The translations under genes and the position numbers were made by a program. 64,000 nt of DNA from a virus (taxonomy: Duplodnaviria > Heunggongvirae > Uroviricota > Caudoviricetes), in IMG/VR virus record IMGVR_UViG_3300024341_000001; one strand, 5' to 3'. Position 1 is the stretch's first letter; each line of letters begins with the position of its first letter. Shown one piece after another: positions 1-8,423 of this stretch. A model generated the notes under the pieces. It saw only the letters and a program-made list of their open reading frames with translations, was not told the origin of the DNA and ran no database searches.

Positions 1-175
1 TTATTGGGTTTACACAAGGTCCTTATATGACACATAATATATCTTCACCAGGCAGCTAGAGTCGTCGACTCCATAAATGTATTAAAACCCGAAGTTAACA
101 AATCAAGTTATGTTAATATCTTTGACATTTTTTTACTGGTTCTACAAACTAGCTAGTTATATTACTGGACTATAA

Positions 176-184
176 TCTTATACC
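176..184 (+). repeat. TCTTATACC motif copy 1
   Basis: part of the 14-mer TCTTATACCAAAAT, repeated 69 nt later. Confidence 0.6.
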
Positions 185-244
185 AAAATCCCCACCCTCC
201 TACCACCGCATCTCCGATGCCGCTCCCGTTCTTGGAAACATGAT

Positions 245-253
245 TCTTATACC
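245..253 (+). repeat. TCTTATACC motif copy 2
   Basis: TCTTATACCAAAAT; just before the terminator. Confidence 0.6.
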
Positions 254-261
254 AAAATAGT

Positions 262-294
262 AAAAAAATGTGACGGATATTCGTCACATTTTAC
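262..294. terminator. bidirectional rho-independent terminator
   Basis: A-run, perfect stem GTGACG/CGTCAC with loop, then T-run, immediately after the stop of the 298..1515 gene. Confidence 0.7.
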
Positions 295-297
295 TTA

Positions 298-1515
298 TTA
301 ACCTAGCCGTCGGGTTCTATGTGCCTTAAGTCCCGCAACGGCCATTTTCTTGGTGCCGGTCAACTTAGCAATAGCGTTTGAAGACATAGTAGGATTTTTT
401 TCTACTAAGACCTTCGCCGCCTGCATTTTGTCGCCTGCTTTTAAATGAACTCGTATTGAATCCATAAGTATTCTCCTTTCCGCCTCTTTTTCTTTTCCCA
501 GATCAATACGGGCTTGTATTGTGGGAACTACGTTTCGATCTATAAACCAATCTAGCGCTTCACATATGGTGGACACTAATGCTGCTGTTCCATGATCTAC
601 AATATCTTTTAAGGCTTGCTCTAATGTCTGTATGGTTGCTGGAATATGCATATTTATCATTATTGGAGCAAATGAAAACATATCAATGAACATGGGGCTA
701 GGATTACTATTGTACTTAAATGCAGAGTGATCCATCACACGACGTGGCTGAACTTTGGCTGCCCACAAGAATTTTGCAAGCGCCTCATAGGGAATGTTAT
801 GATCAGCAGCTTTGAGGAATTCTTTTAATAAATCTTGACAATATCTACGTGTCATGTTTACGGCATCCTCTTCTATACATTCCCATGTATCCTCGGAGAT
901 TACATTATTTGTACTTGTTGCTGATATCCGTTCGTGAAATGAATTATCGAATTCCTCTTTATTCATACCGGTCACAAAATCGACTGCATTACAAGGGTAA
1001 TTCTCGGAAAACATGCTTAATACAAAAACACTGACAAGCGCCTCTTTGTTTAAATCTTTATAGATATTTTTCATAAAAGCGTAGGTTTCGGCAGAAAATC
1101 CGTTTTCACGTGCTCCCAAAAAATTAGTGATTACAATACCATCTTTGGCTAAGATATTAGGGGACGTGCCACCAATTTGTGTAAATTGTCCTTGAAAATC
1201 AAGCCACATTACATCAAATACCTGAGTGGTGATTGTTGCGAAATCAGCATAGGTAGTCCTTGGTAATAGATTAAATTTTAACTGTTGCGCAATTTTTTGT
1301 ACTTGAGGATACAGCGAAGGATTACATTCTAAACCATATAAGTTTTCCCTCTTGAACCCTAATGGATCAAAAATTTCAAATACATCATACGCGGTGACCC
1401 CTGGAAGAAATAATACTTTTTTATTCTTAGCATCACCAACAAGGTTGTGCTGAATAAATTTACGAATCTTTTTTCTTGATCGTCGTTTTACGATCATATC
1501 ATAATCTTTTTCCAT
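298..1515 (-). CDS. hypothetical protein (N-terminal region faintly Rossmann/methyltransferase-like)
   Basis: 405-aa ORF ending at a rho-independent terminator; no diagnostic motif recognised. Confidence 0.3.
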   Translation of the reverse strand: MEKDYDMIVKRRSRKKIRKFIQHNLVGDAKNKKVLFLPGVTAYDVFEIFDPLGFKRENLYGLECNPSLYPQVQKIAQQLKFNLLPRTTYADFATITTQVFDVMWLDFQGQFTQIGGTSPNILAKDGIVITNFLGARENGFSAETYAFMKNIYKDLNKEALVSVFVLSMFSENYPCNAVDFVTGMNKEEFDNSFHERISATSTNNVISEDTWECIEEDAVNMTRRYCQDLLKEFLKAADHNIPYEALAKFLWAAKVQPRRVMDHSAFKYNSNPSPMFIDMFSFAPIMINMHIPATIQTLEQALKDIVDHGTAALVSTICEALDWFIDRNVVPTIQARIDLGKEKEAERRILMDSIRVHLKAGDKMQAAKVLVEKNPTMSSNAIAKLTGTKKMAVAGLKAHRTRRLG

Positions 1516-1540
1516 GACTGGTTCTCCTTTCGTTATTTAA

Positions 1541-1549
1541 TCTTATACC
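1541..1549 (+). repeat. TCTTATACC motif copy 3
   Basis: on the minus strand GGTATAAGA sits 13 nt upstream of GGAGA-N7-ATG of gene 298..1515. Confidence 0.6.
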
Positions 1550-1552
1550 CGT

Positions 1553-1590
1553 AAAAAAAATGCACGAGTAACCAGTCAGAAACTCGTGCA
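1553..1590 (-). terminator. rho-independent terminator (minus strand)
   Basis: stem TGCACGAGT...ACTCGTGCA followed on the minus strand by an 8-nt U-run; lies between genes 1648..2607 and 298..1515. Confidence 0.7.
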
Positions 1591-1637
1591 TTAGGAAGGC
1601 TTAGATACACGAAAGGGAGGGTATCGTGTACTTATAT

Positions 1638-1646
1638 TCTTATACC
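1638..1646 (+). repeat. TCTTATACC motif copy 4
   Basis: 1 nt from the stop codon of 1648..2607. Confidence 0.6.
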
Positions 1647-1647
1647 G

Positions 1648-2607
1648 TTACTTAGTGTCTTTCAAATCCAATATAAACATCGGCTCTTTTCCAGCTCCAC
1701 CTACATATGTTTGTGGAGGTTGCCCATTCCACCTTTCGATCCATTTTAGTGCTACTATTTTTGGATTGTTAGTAACAGATTGCCCCTCGATTTGCAATGC
1801 ACGCGCCCGCCCCTCAGCTCCGACTATTGCAATCGATTTATCTATATCGGCTTGTTTCTTGAGTTCGATTTTTTGCTGTGTTACAACCTCAAGACGTAGC
1901 TTTTCTTGTTCTTCAAGTTTTTTCTTGTTTATCATGGCTTCATATGCTTCATTATAAAATACCTCTCTAAGAGATATGCCATCGCAAAGAATATGATATT
2001 CACGGAAACTAGCTTGCATTTTTTTCCAAGCCGCTGCCTGTAAATCTTTACGACGTTCACCATACAGTTCAACAGGGGTAAAATCATTGGCCGACATTTG
2101 TAGAGCCGCAACTGCCATTGGTCGGATAATGTTTTCTTCGATCCACTCAAACCGATCTTTACCATCTTGTTCACTTACATTGGCATAAATCCATGGTGCA
2201 TAATTTGGATCTATACGCCAAGGTACGGTAAGATTAAATCCCATCTTGATACCATCTTTGGTAGGAGCCCATATAGCGTCATACTCACTTTTTGCGCCCT
2301 CATTATGCTTATTTGAAAATGTGTATACCTGTACAGTTTTATCCATAAGAAAAAGATCATACCATATTGGTACAAAGCGCCAGCCGGACTGAACTGCTAC
2401 CGTATCAATACCACTAGGTTTAAATAACACACCAACTTTTTGTCCGTTAACAATCTTGAAATTGATGATAGCAATGAAAACTATAAATCCAATGGCGAGT
2501 ATGGTACGAGGAGCGCGTAATCGAAACTCCGGATTCTTTTTGTTTACAATACCAATTATACCATAAGCCATACCAATACATCCCAATATTCCGATAAATA
2601 CAAGCAT
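1648..2607 (-). CDS. SPFH/band-7 (HflK/C-prohibitin-like) membrane protein
   Basis: N-terminal TM helices; central beta-rich domain; C-terminal coiled coil with ADIDKSIAIVGAEGRARALQIEGQ resembling HflK/C. Confidence 0.45.
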   Translation of the reverse strand: MLVFIGILGCIGMAYGIIGIVNKKNPEFRLRAPRTILAIGFIVFIAIINFKIVNGQKVGVLFKPSGIDTVAVQSGWRFVPIWYDLFLMDKTVQVYTFSNKHNEGAKSEYDAIWAPTKDGIKMGFNLTVPWRIDPNYAPWIYANVSEQDGKDRFEWIEENIIRPMAVAALQMSANDFTPVELYGERRKDLQAAAWKKMQASFREYHILCDGISLREVFYNEAYEAMINKKKLEEQEKLRLEVVTQQKIELKKQADIDKSIAIVGAEGRARALQIEGQSVTNNPKIVALKWIERWNGQPPQTYVGGAGKEPMFILDLKDTK

Positions 2608-2638
2608 AAATTACTCCTTAAAAAATGTGGTTAATATG

Positions 2639-2869
2639 TTAATTAATGATACGATGTGGTAGAATTCGACCTCCCATAGAAACATGCTCATAGTCGCTAT
2701 GGGTACGATGACTTATACTACCAACTTGATTCCCTAGATCACGGGGAATATGTGTTGGCTTTGACGTTAACACGGTTTGAATCACAGGCTTTCCGCACCT
2801 AGGACACGGATCGCCTGGATGTGCATTTTTGCATTCTCCGTGTTTAGAACACATTACATATACCGCCAT
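2639..2869 (-). CDS. small zinc-ribbon protein
   Basis: CSKHGEC...CPRCG paired Cys motifs. Confidence 0.3.
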   Translation of the reverse strand: MAVYVMCSKHGECKNAHPGDPCPRCGKPVIQTVLTSKPTHIPRDLGNQVGSISHRTHSDYEHVSMGGRILPHRIIN

Positions 2870-3374
2870 AGACTACTCCTTTCTTTTGTTTAACAGCTTC
2901 TGCAATCATTTTCATCTTAATTCGTTTACTTGGCCAAGGAATCAAATGCTGGTCCTTTATTATATTGTTACCTTTTTTATGGTTGCATTTAACACATAAT
3001 GTCTGCAAATTTTCTAGGTCATCTTTGCCGCCCAGTGACTTGGGTAATATATGATCTTTAGTAAATAATATTTCTTCATCACCAACACGTGCGTATAAAT
3101 TAAGATGATATCTGGTGTTCTCAACACTGGCATCGTACCCGTGAATATGTTTTTCCACAGCAAAATATTCTCCACGTAGTCCGCAGTGTTTACAGCTTAG
3201 GCTTTGACGAAATACCTTATAACGTATTGACTCCATGTGTATCCATTGTCCACAGATTAATCGATCTGGACGCCCTCGGCCGTCATAAATCTGTGTGAAT
3301 ACCTCATCTATAGGTACTATTCCGAGGCGTATCATAGAAGATAAAATCCCGAGATGAAAGCTAGAATCATACAA
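2844..3374 (-). CDS. HNH homing endonuclease
   Basis: DHILPKSLGGKDDLENLQTLCVKCNHKK = canonical HNH motif; upstream CKHCG Zn knuckle. Confidence 0.75.
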   Translation of the reverse strand: MYDSSFHLGILSSMIRLGIVPIDEVFTQIYDGRGRPDRLICGQWIHMESIRYKVFRQSLSCKHCGLRGEYFAVEKHIHGYDASVENTRYHLNLYARVGDEEILFTKDHILPKSLGGKDDLENLQTLCVKCNHKKGNNIIKDQHLIPWPSKRIKMKMIAEAVKQKKGVVYGGICNVF

Positions 3375-3502
3375 AATATGTGTAGGACTAGCCCCCAGCG
3401 CTTATTTTTGAATAGTATTAATTGTATCGCCAAAAAATCTAATAACAACGCTACAATAAAACCAATTACAGCATAAATATTAACATTTTGCATAATGCTC
3501 CT

Positions 3503-3730
3503 TTAATGATATAGATAATAAGTTTTTATAGAATCAGAAGATATCTTTAAACTGTCGATTGTCTTTTGCATTTGTTTCATACGATCCTTAATTTTTGCTT
3601 TCTCAGCTACATAATCTAGTTGTCGCATTTGTGCTTCAGTGTAATTATCATTTATCTGTAGCTGTTGTTCAAATAATATTACGGCAAAAAGAATAAGTAT
3701 GCCCGTATAAATTATATCTTTGGTACTCAT
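3503..3730 (-). CDS. small membrane protein with coiled-coil tail
   Basis: single TM (GILILFAVILF) then charged helix. Confidence 0.3.
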   Translation of the reverse strand: MSTKDIIYTGILILFAVILFEQQLQINDNYTEAQMRQLDYVAEKAKIKDRMKQMQKTIDSLKISSDSIKTYYLYH

Positions 3731-4008
3731 GTTTTATTTCCTTGCGAGATTATTAAAAACGCGGCTCCAGCAGTAAGCGAGAAGAAAAATATTCCTTCGG
3801 GATTAAGGATGGCGCACCAACATATACAAAAAAGAGATGTCACTAAACATATTACTGCAATCTTAACAAAATTATTTATTTTCATAATGATCTCCAAATT
3901 AACTACTGAACCGACAGTATGTTGTGCTGCCGGTTCAGGAAAGAAGTAACCTAATGGTTCTGGGCATCGGGCTACAATGGGATAGGAGTAAGCTGTTGTA
4001 AAATACAT
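3727..4008 (-). CDS. hypothetical membrane protein
   Basis: two hydrophobic segments; overlapping-stop arrangement with neighbours. Confidence 0.25.
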   Translation of the reverse strand: MYFTTAYSYPIVARCPEPLGYFFPEPAAQHTVGSVVNLEIIMKINNFVKIAVICLVTSLFCICWCAILNPEGIFFFSLTAGAAFLIISQGNKT

Positions 4009-4367
4009 TGATCTAATCGTTCTTTAAAAAAGCTTTCAGGTGGTTGTTCAGGCACAGGCATGCCCCAAGCCCTGAAAAAATGGTGTTTGAAATCTGATAG
4101 AGATCCTATTAATACTTTATTATTAAATTCGATCTCTGCAAACATATGTAACAATAACGACATCGGCATTGGAGCGCCGGTCGCGGCTATTTGTAAATGA
4201 AGATACTTAGGCATTACAGTTCCTTGAAGAACTATTTTTTCAGGAGATACATATATCAACCGTGCCAATGTATGGGCTCTACGATTGAATAGATATATGG
4301 CGGCATCGTTTGGACATATTCCTTCCATACATAATGATGGTGTTAATGATTCTCGAATTGTGATCAT
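3972..4367 (-). CDS. hypothetical protein
   Basis: 131-aa ORF in a compact leftward array. Confidence 0.3.
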   Translation of the reverse strand: MITIRESLTPSLCMEGICPNDAAIYLFNRRAHTLARLIYVSPEKIVLQGTVMPKYLHLQIAATGAPMPMSLLLHMFAEIEFNNKVLIGSLSDFKHHFFRAWGMPVPEQPPESFFKERLDQCILQQLTPIPL

Positions 4368-4552
4368 GGTACACCTATTTCAAAATCATCGCCATTAATT
4401 ATAGCATGTGGTTTGTATTTATTATCATCTGTACGATATACTTTATCGTTCCAGGTATAGAACTCATAACCACTCGCTCTTGCTACTCTTTGAACAGACA
4501 ATATACCTTCCCAACGAACATGGGCAGAACAAAAAACATTTCTCCAGCTCAT
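4364..4552 (-). CDS. hypothetical protein
   Basis: 62-aa ORF with AGGAG 8 nt upstream. Confidence 0.3.
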   Translation of the reverse strand: MSWRNVFCSAHVRWEGILSVQRVARASGYEFYTWNDKVYRTDDNKYKPHAIINGDDFEIGVP

Positions 4553-4569
4553 AAATTACTCCTTTAAAA

Positions 4570-4607
4570 TGGAGGATCCGCTAGGACGATCCTCCAGATT
4601 TTGTTCT
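4570..4607. terminator. stem-loop GGAGGATC/GATCCTCC with flanking U-runs on both strands
   Basis: perfect 8-bp stem; plus strand followed by AGATTTTGTTCTT; minus strand followed by AUUUUAAAGGAG (the SD of gene 4364..4552). Confidence 0.5.
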
Positions 4608-5020
4608 TGGCTGAATCATCTAGTATTCAGAAGTATGTATTTCGATGTACACACTGTACCTTTTCGCCGGTACCCCTCGGCTATCCTAGTAATAGTCCAG
4701 TTCGACCCAACCCTATGTAGATGCATAGACCCAATGTAGGTTGGATGAATTTTTTGTTCGCGCATACCCTTCAGTCATACATTGAATAGGCTGAAAAGAG
4801 TACCTGCTTTTATCATCACCCAAGCAACGACTTTTGCATAGTCATCACCAGTTTGGAGATAATACGTTGTTATCTTCCAACGGTCCCTTTTAGTATATGC
4901 TTCGCGTTAGCATACTACTATTTAGAACCACACTCACGTCCGCAGATTAGAGTAACATGATTTAATCATTAATATGGTTGGTATGCGCCTTCCATATAAT
5001 GATAGCTTTGGTACTTATTA

Positions 5021-5029
5021 TCTTATACC
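5021..5029 (+). repeat. TCTTATACC motif copy 5
   Basis: overlaps the stop codon of 5023..5571; followed (minus direction) by a 470-nt noncoding stretch. Confidence 0.6.
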
Positions 5030-5571
5030 TGAATTAAACATTGCTGTATCTTTTGTTTTGTAATGATTCCGTTTTGCGTAAGTTCGTTAAGTTTTTCAAG
5101 ATCTATATGATCTTCAGCTTTTACCTTAACCTGAATCCACAGTGGTTCATTTGGACGATAATCAAGAAAAGTTTTTGGTTTACACCGTAGTATCTCTGTA
5201 AACATTTGAACTATTCGTTCTCCGGCTTGCTTACATCTTACAAATCCAGCCAAATCATAACCAACACCTCTGGGCGCAAAATATTCCCCCTCGGGAGGTG
5301 GGTTGTCTGGCACTACCAAATTATGTGCTGGAACATGCGCACGTGGATGTGGTGATACCTCTGGAAATACGGCAGGATCACCATGACCTATGGTAGATAC
5401 TGATAGATGATCCGAAACAATATAAAAAGCTTCCTTGCATTCAAGGCATTGTACGCAAGTTGTCCCATTCCCAGAAAGATAACCAGTAGCGGAAGAACAC
5501 CCGCATTGCGGACACCCATATGCATTGAAGTCGGCAAAGTGAATCGCTATATTCATATTATACTCCGACAA
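5023..5571 (-). CDS. hypothetical Zn-ribbon protein with dUTPase-like fragment
   Basis: N-terminal CPQCGC...CVQCLEC; C-terminal GVGYDLAGF...GERIVQMF resembles dUTPase motifs I and IV, but the middle motifs are absent. Confidence 0.3.
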   Translation of the reverse strand: MSEYNMNIAIHFADFNAYGCPQCGCSSATGYLSGNGTTCVQCLECKEAFYIVSDHLSVSTIGHGDPAVFPEVSPHPRAHVPAHNLVVPDNPPPEGEYFAPRGVGYDLAGFVRCKQAGERIVQMFTEILRCKPKTFLDYRPNEPLWIQVKVKAEDHIDLEKLNELTQNGIITKQKIQQCLIQV

Positions 5572-6100
5572 TAAATTTTGCGTAAGAGTTTAATTTAACT
5601 TTAGGCAAATTGGTTAATGGTTTTGGTGTTTTATTAAATACATAATATCTATAGTAAGCTTTTTTTGTTGCCTTACAAAGCTTACCCTTGAAGTGCCTAG
5701 ATATAGTAGCACCGGGTCCTTCATAGTATGAACACATGGCTAACTGCATTGCTTTGCTCGAATCATATCCTAGATAAATATAAAATCCACGCAAATGCAA
5801 TAAGTAGCGTATTCCTATAGTTACGTTGAATAATTTATCTTTCAACATTTCGATAGTTATTGAATATTGACAGAAATCGCTGGCAGTTGATGGCAACACC
5901 TGCATTAATCCTACCGCGCCTTTATGGCTGATAACATGTGGTCGATAAGACGACTCACGGAATATTTGTCGTTTGATCATACTATAGGACACCTGTCTAA
6001 TTTCGCACAGTTCCTGTATAGACGTAATTTTTGGTAATGTGCTGGAATCTATCACGTTATATAAAAGAATCGTGCTAATGAGTAATATTGCGTATTTCAT
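5558..6100 (-). CDS. lytic transglycosylase (SLT domain), secreted/anchored; endolysin candidate
   Basis: ESSYRPHVISHKGAVGLMQVLPSTA matches the SLT catalytic-Glu motif (ES...GA.GLMQ..P.TA); N-terminal signal/TM segment. Confidence 0.7.
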   Translation of the reverse strand: MKYAILLISTILLYNVIDSSTLPKITSIQELCEIRQVSYSMIKRQIFRESSYRPHVISHKGAVGLMQVLPSTASDFCQYSITIEMLKDKLFNVTIGIRYLLHLRGFYIYLGYDSSKAMQLAMCSYYEGPGATISRHFKGKLCKATKKAYYRYYVFNKTPKPLTNLPKVKLNSYAKFIVGV

Positions 6101-6119
6101 AATATACTCCTTTCTATGT

Positions 6120-6128
6120 TCTTATACC
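6120..6128 (+). repeat. TCTTATACC motif copy 6
   Basis: on the minus strand GGTATAAGA-N9-GGAG-N8-ATG of the SLT gene. Confidence 0.6.
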
Positions 6129-6239
6129 ACGGTGAATGGCTATGGGACCACAAGCAGATTTTTTCGTCATTTTATCATATTTTTGACAAAGTCGCGTGAC
6201 AAAATTAAATGGCCGTTTTGGTGTATTTTAAGCAGTTGA

Positions 6240-6820
6240 TTGAAGGCCTTTAAACTTACGTTTTGAAATTAGCGATTTTGGAACAAAATCGCCGTTTAGG
6301 GACCGGTCGCGTTTTTCGCGTTTTTGAGGGATTAAGTTCTTATAAATTAAGCACTTAGCACACCACGCTAAAGTAAAATCTTAAATAAAAATGAGGGTTT
6401 TAGCGTAATATCGATCCTCATTTTTAGGGGTCGTTTTTTAATATTTGAAAATCAATTTTATTTCAACTTTAGAATATTATTACTTTTACTAAAAATAAAT
6501 ATAAATAGGTCTAATTCTGAGTTCACAATTTACTTTAAGCTGATTTCATTGATCGGAAATGCGATTTTTCATGGGACCGGTCGAAGTTGATTTTGAAAAA
6601 AATTTTTCTGGCCCCTGTTTATGCGGGTCCGCTGCTGCACCGGTCATTTTTTGTTGCAAAATCATTGGGGTTTTTGACCAAAAAAGTGTATCAAAATGAG
6701 AATTTTTTGCGAAGGAAAATTTTTTCGGATTTTTTGGGTAAAAAGTTTTTTTGAAAAGTAAAAAATGTACTTTTCAATATTTGCCTGGAGGGTCAGTCCA
6801 GGCAAATATTTAGGTGGCGA
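6240..6820. promoter_or_regulatory. AT-rich repeat-laden noncoding region (candidate replication origin or regulatory hub)
   Basis: 580 nt without a credible ORF; phased T5-7/A5-7 tracts; GGGACCGGTCG twice (about 6298 and 6573) plus near copy GCACCGGTCA (about 6647); several perfect hairpins (GCGATTTTG/CAAAATCGC; ATGAGG/CCTCAT; TTTGCCTGGA/TCCAGGCAAA). Confidence 0.4.
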
Positions 6821-7219
6821 TTATGAGTGAAATTCGCGGTCGTAACTACGTGCACATTTTTCACAAAGACTTAGGGGGATGTCGCTTATATATTTTTTAG
6901 GTAATAGCTGTAAGTCTATGTAAATACTGAGACTTGGTAGGTAGCCTACATTTGTGACAGTGTGCGCATTTTTGGTATGACATATAACACACGTTTCAAT
7001 TGGTATATTTGTATGTTTTACTAACACTTCTTCGTTTATCGCAGTATCCAGGTATTGGTACTGTTGGCCGCATTCTTGACAAAAATCATAATTAGTTAAT
7101 TTCGCACTATCATTCCGTATGCAACCTAGTACACCTTCAGCACAGCATGGACATAAAACACGATACGCCGATATTGTAGACGCGGACTGCAACGCAGAAT
7201 GGAAAAGTTTGATAATCAT
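6821..7219 (-). CDS. Cys-rich zinc-binding protein
   Basis: CPCC, CQEC, CVICH and CEKC motif pairs. Confidence 0.35.
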   Translation of the reverse strand: MIIKLFHSALQSASTISAYRVLCPCCAEGVLGCIRNDSAKLTNYDFCQECGQQYQYLDTAINEEVLVKHTNIPIETCVICHTKNAHTVTNVGYLPSLSIYIDLQLLPKKYISDIPLSLCEKCARSYDREFHS

Positions 7220-7221
7220 AA

Positions 7222-8337
7222 TTAATTCCTTATTGTGAAAAATATAATAGTTATTATTAGTACCATTAACAATAATGAAAGAATAAGTATTTGTATGATT
7301 GGTTCTATTTCTACAGTCAAATAGTCAAATTCCTTAAATTGCCGCCGCTCAAATTTTTGGGCCACTATATCTTTAAGATTAGTCACCGTAGTCAATGGAT
7401 CGAATTTACTTTGAGCTAATATCATAGCTTGTATATCTTCTTTCATATCATTCCGTTTAGTCCATGAGAAGACTTTAGCCCACTGTATTTTGGCCGTATC
7501 GTTAATACTTACACATACAACTACTTCGTTCTTATTACCACCTTTCCAATAGCTTTCTTGATGAACAGCGTATCCATCTGGCCGGTCGTGGAATATTAAT
7601 AACCACATACGTACTTGTTTTACTGATCCGATTAAGCCATTGTAATTTGTCAGCAGCTGATCTGCTTGAGTATAATCCATTATATTCCCTTCTTGCAATA
7701 TCGAAGGACAGGTGTTATTTATCACTTTCGGATAATTAAACAATTTTATATGTGCTGTATCAGGCTGATAGAATTTAAATACACTTGGCGCATGTCGTGT
7801 TTTATTAGTGTATAGTTGTGTACTAATATATGGAATAATAGTATGATCATCGTTATTCCAATGTGTAGTATATTTATCACCATCCTGTGTATAATAATTT
7901 CGGCCTAGGTCTATGTATTGTTTATTTTTCCATATCTTGGTTAAGTAGTTATACATACCCAAATCTACGTCATAATTTTTACCGAGATTTGTAGTTATTT
8001 TATAACTAGGTCCATGACTATCCACATGTGAACAATCATAGTAATATGTGGTATATGTAATATTACCGTCTGAATCAGTCCCCGAAGGAATGTCGCGTGA
8101 ACACATATCATGATGCCATTCATTCCATGGTTCATAGTAATCACATGCTAACGCATATTCGCCGATATATTCAGTTTCTAAAGCTGTTCCATATGTAGCT
8201 ATTAATTGACTACCGAATAAAATTATAAACCCAATATTCAGTAGTATTACATATTTCTGCCAAGACATTTTGTCTTTAAAAAACACAAAACAAACTGCTT
8301 CAGCAATTGCAATAATAACGATTCCGATAAGAATCAT
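7222..8337 (-). CDS. hypothetical membrane protein
   Basis: N- and C-terminal TM helices flanking a Tyr/Asn/Asp-rich extracytoplasmic domain. Confidence 0.35.
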   Translation of the reverse strand: MILIGIVIIAIAEAVCFVFFKDKMSWQKYVILLNIGFIILFGSQLIATYGTALETEYIGEYALACDYYEPWNEWHHDMCSRDIPSGTDSDGNITYTTYYYDCSHVDSHGPSYKITTNLGKNYDVDLGMYNYLTKIWKNKQYIDLGRNYYTQDGDKYTTHWNNDDHTIIPYISTQLYTNKTRHAPSVFKFYQPDTAHIKLFNYPKVINNTCPSILQEGNIMDYTQADQLLTNYNGLIGSVKQVRMWLLIFHDRPDGYAVHQESYWKGGNKNEVVVCVSINDTAKIQWAKVFSWTKRNDMKEDIQAMILAQSKFDPLTTVTNLKDIVAQKFERRQFKEFDYLTVEIEPIIQILILSLLLMVLIITIIFFTIRN

Positions 8338-8380
8338 GATTTATCCTTTCTAAGTATAGTGGGTATATTAGTTATCATAT

Positions 8381-8389
8381 TCTTATACC
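8381..8389 (+). repeat. TCTTATACC motif copy 7
   Basis: abuts the -35 of the 8424 promoter; 44 nt upstream of the minus gene start 8337. Confidence 0.6.
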
Positions 8390-8418
8390 TTGCATTTTTG
8401 AATATACTTTCGTATATT
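8390..8418 (+). promoter_or_regulatory. sigma70-type promoter TTGCAT-N17-TATATT, leaderless start
   Basis: -10 hexamer ends 5 nt before ATG 8424; no SD. Confidence 0.55.
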
Positions 8419-8423
8419 CTTGT

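Noticed and set aside
4553-5022. tRNA genes in the long noncoding gaps (4553..5022, 6240..6820, 15906..16055, 63558..63708)
   Set aside because: No cloverleaf with a GTTCGA/T-loop and acceptor-stem pairing could be built around the few TTCGA occurrences. None called.
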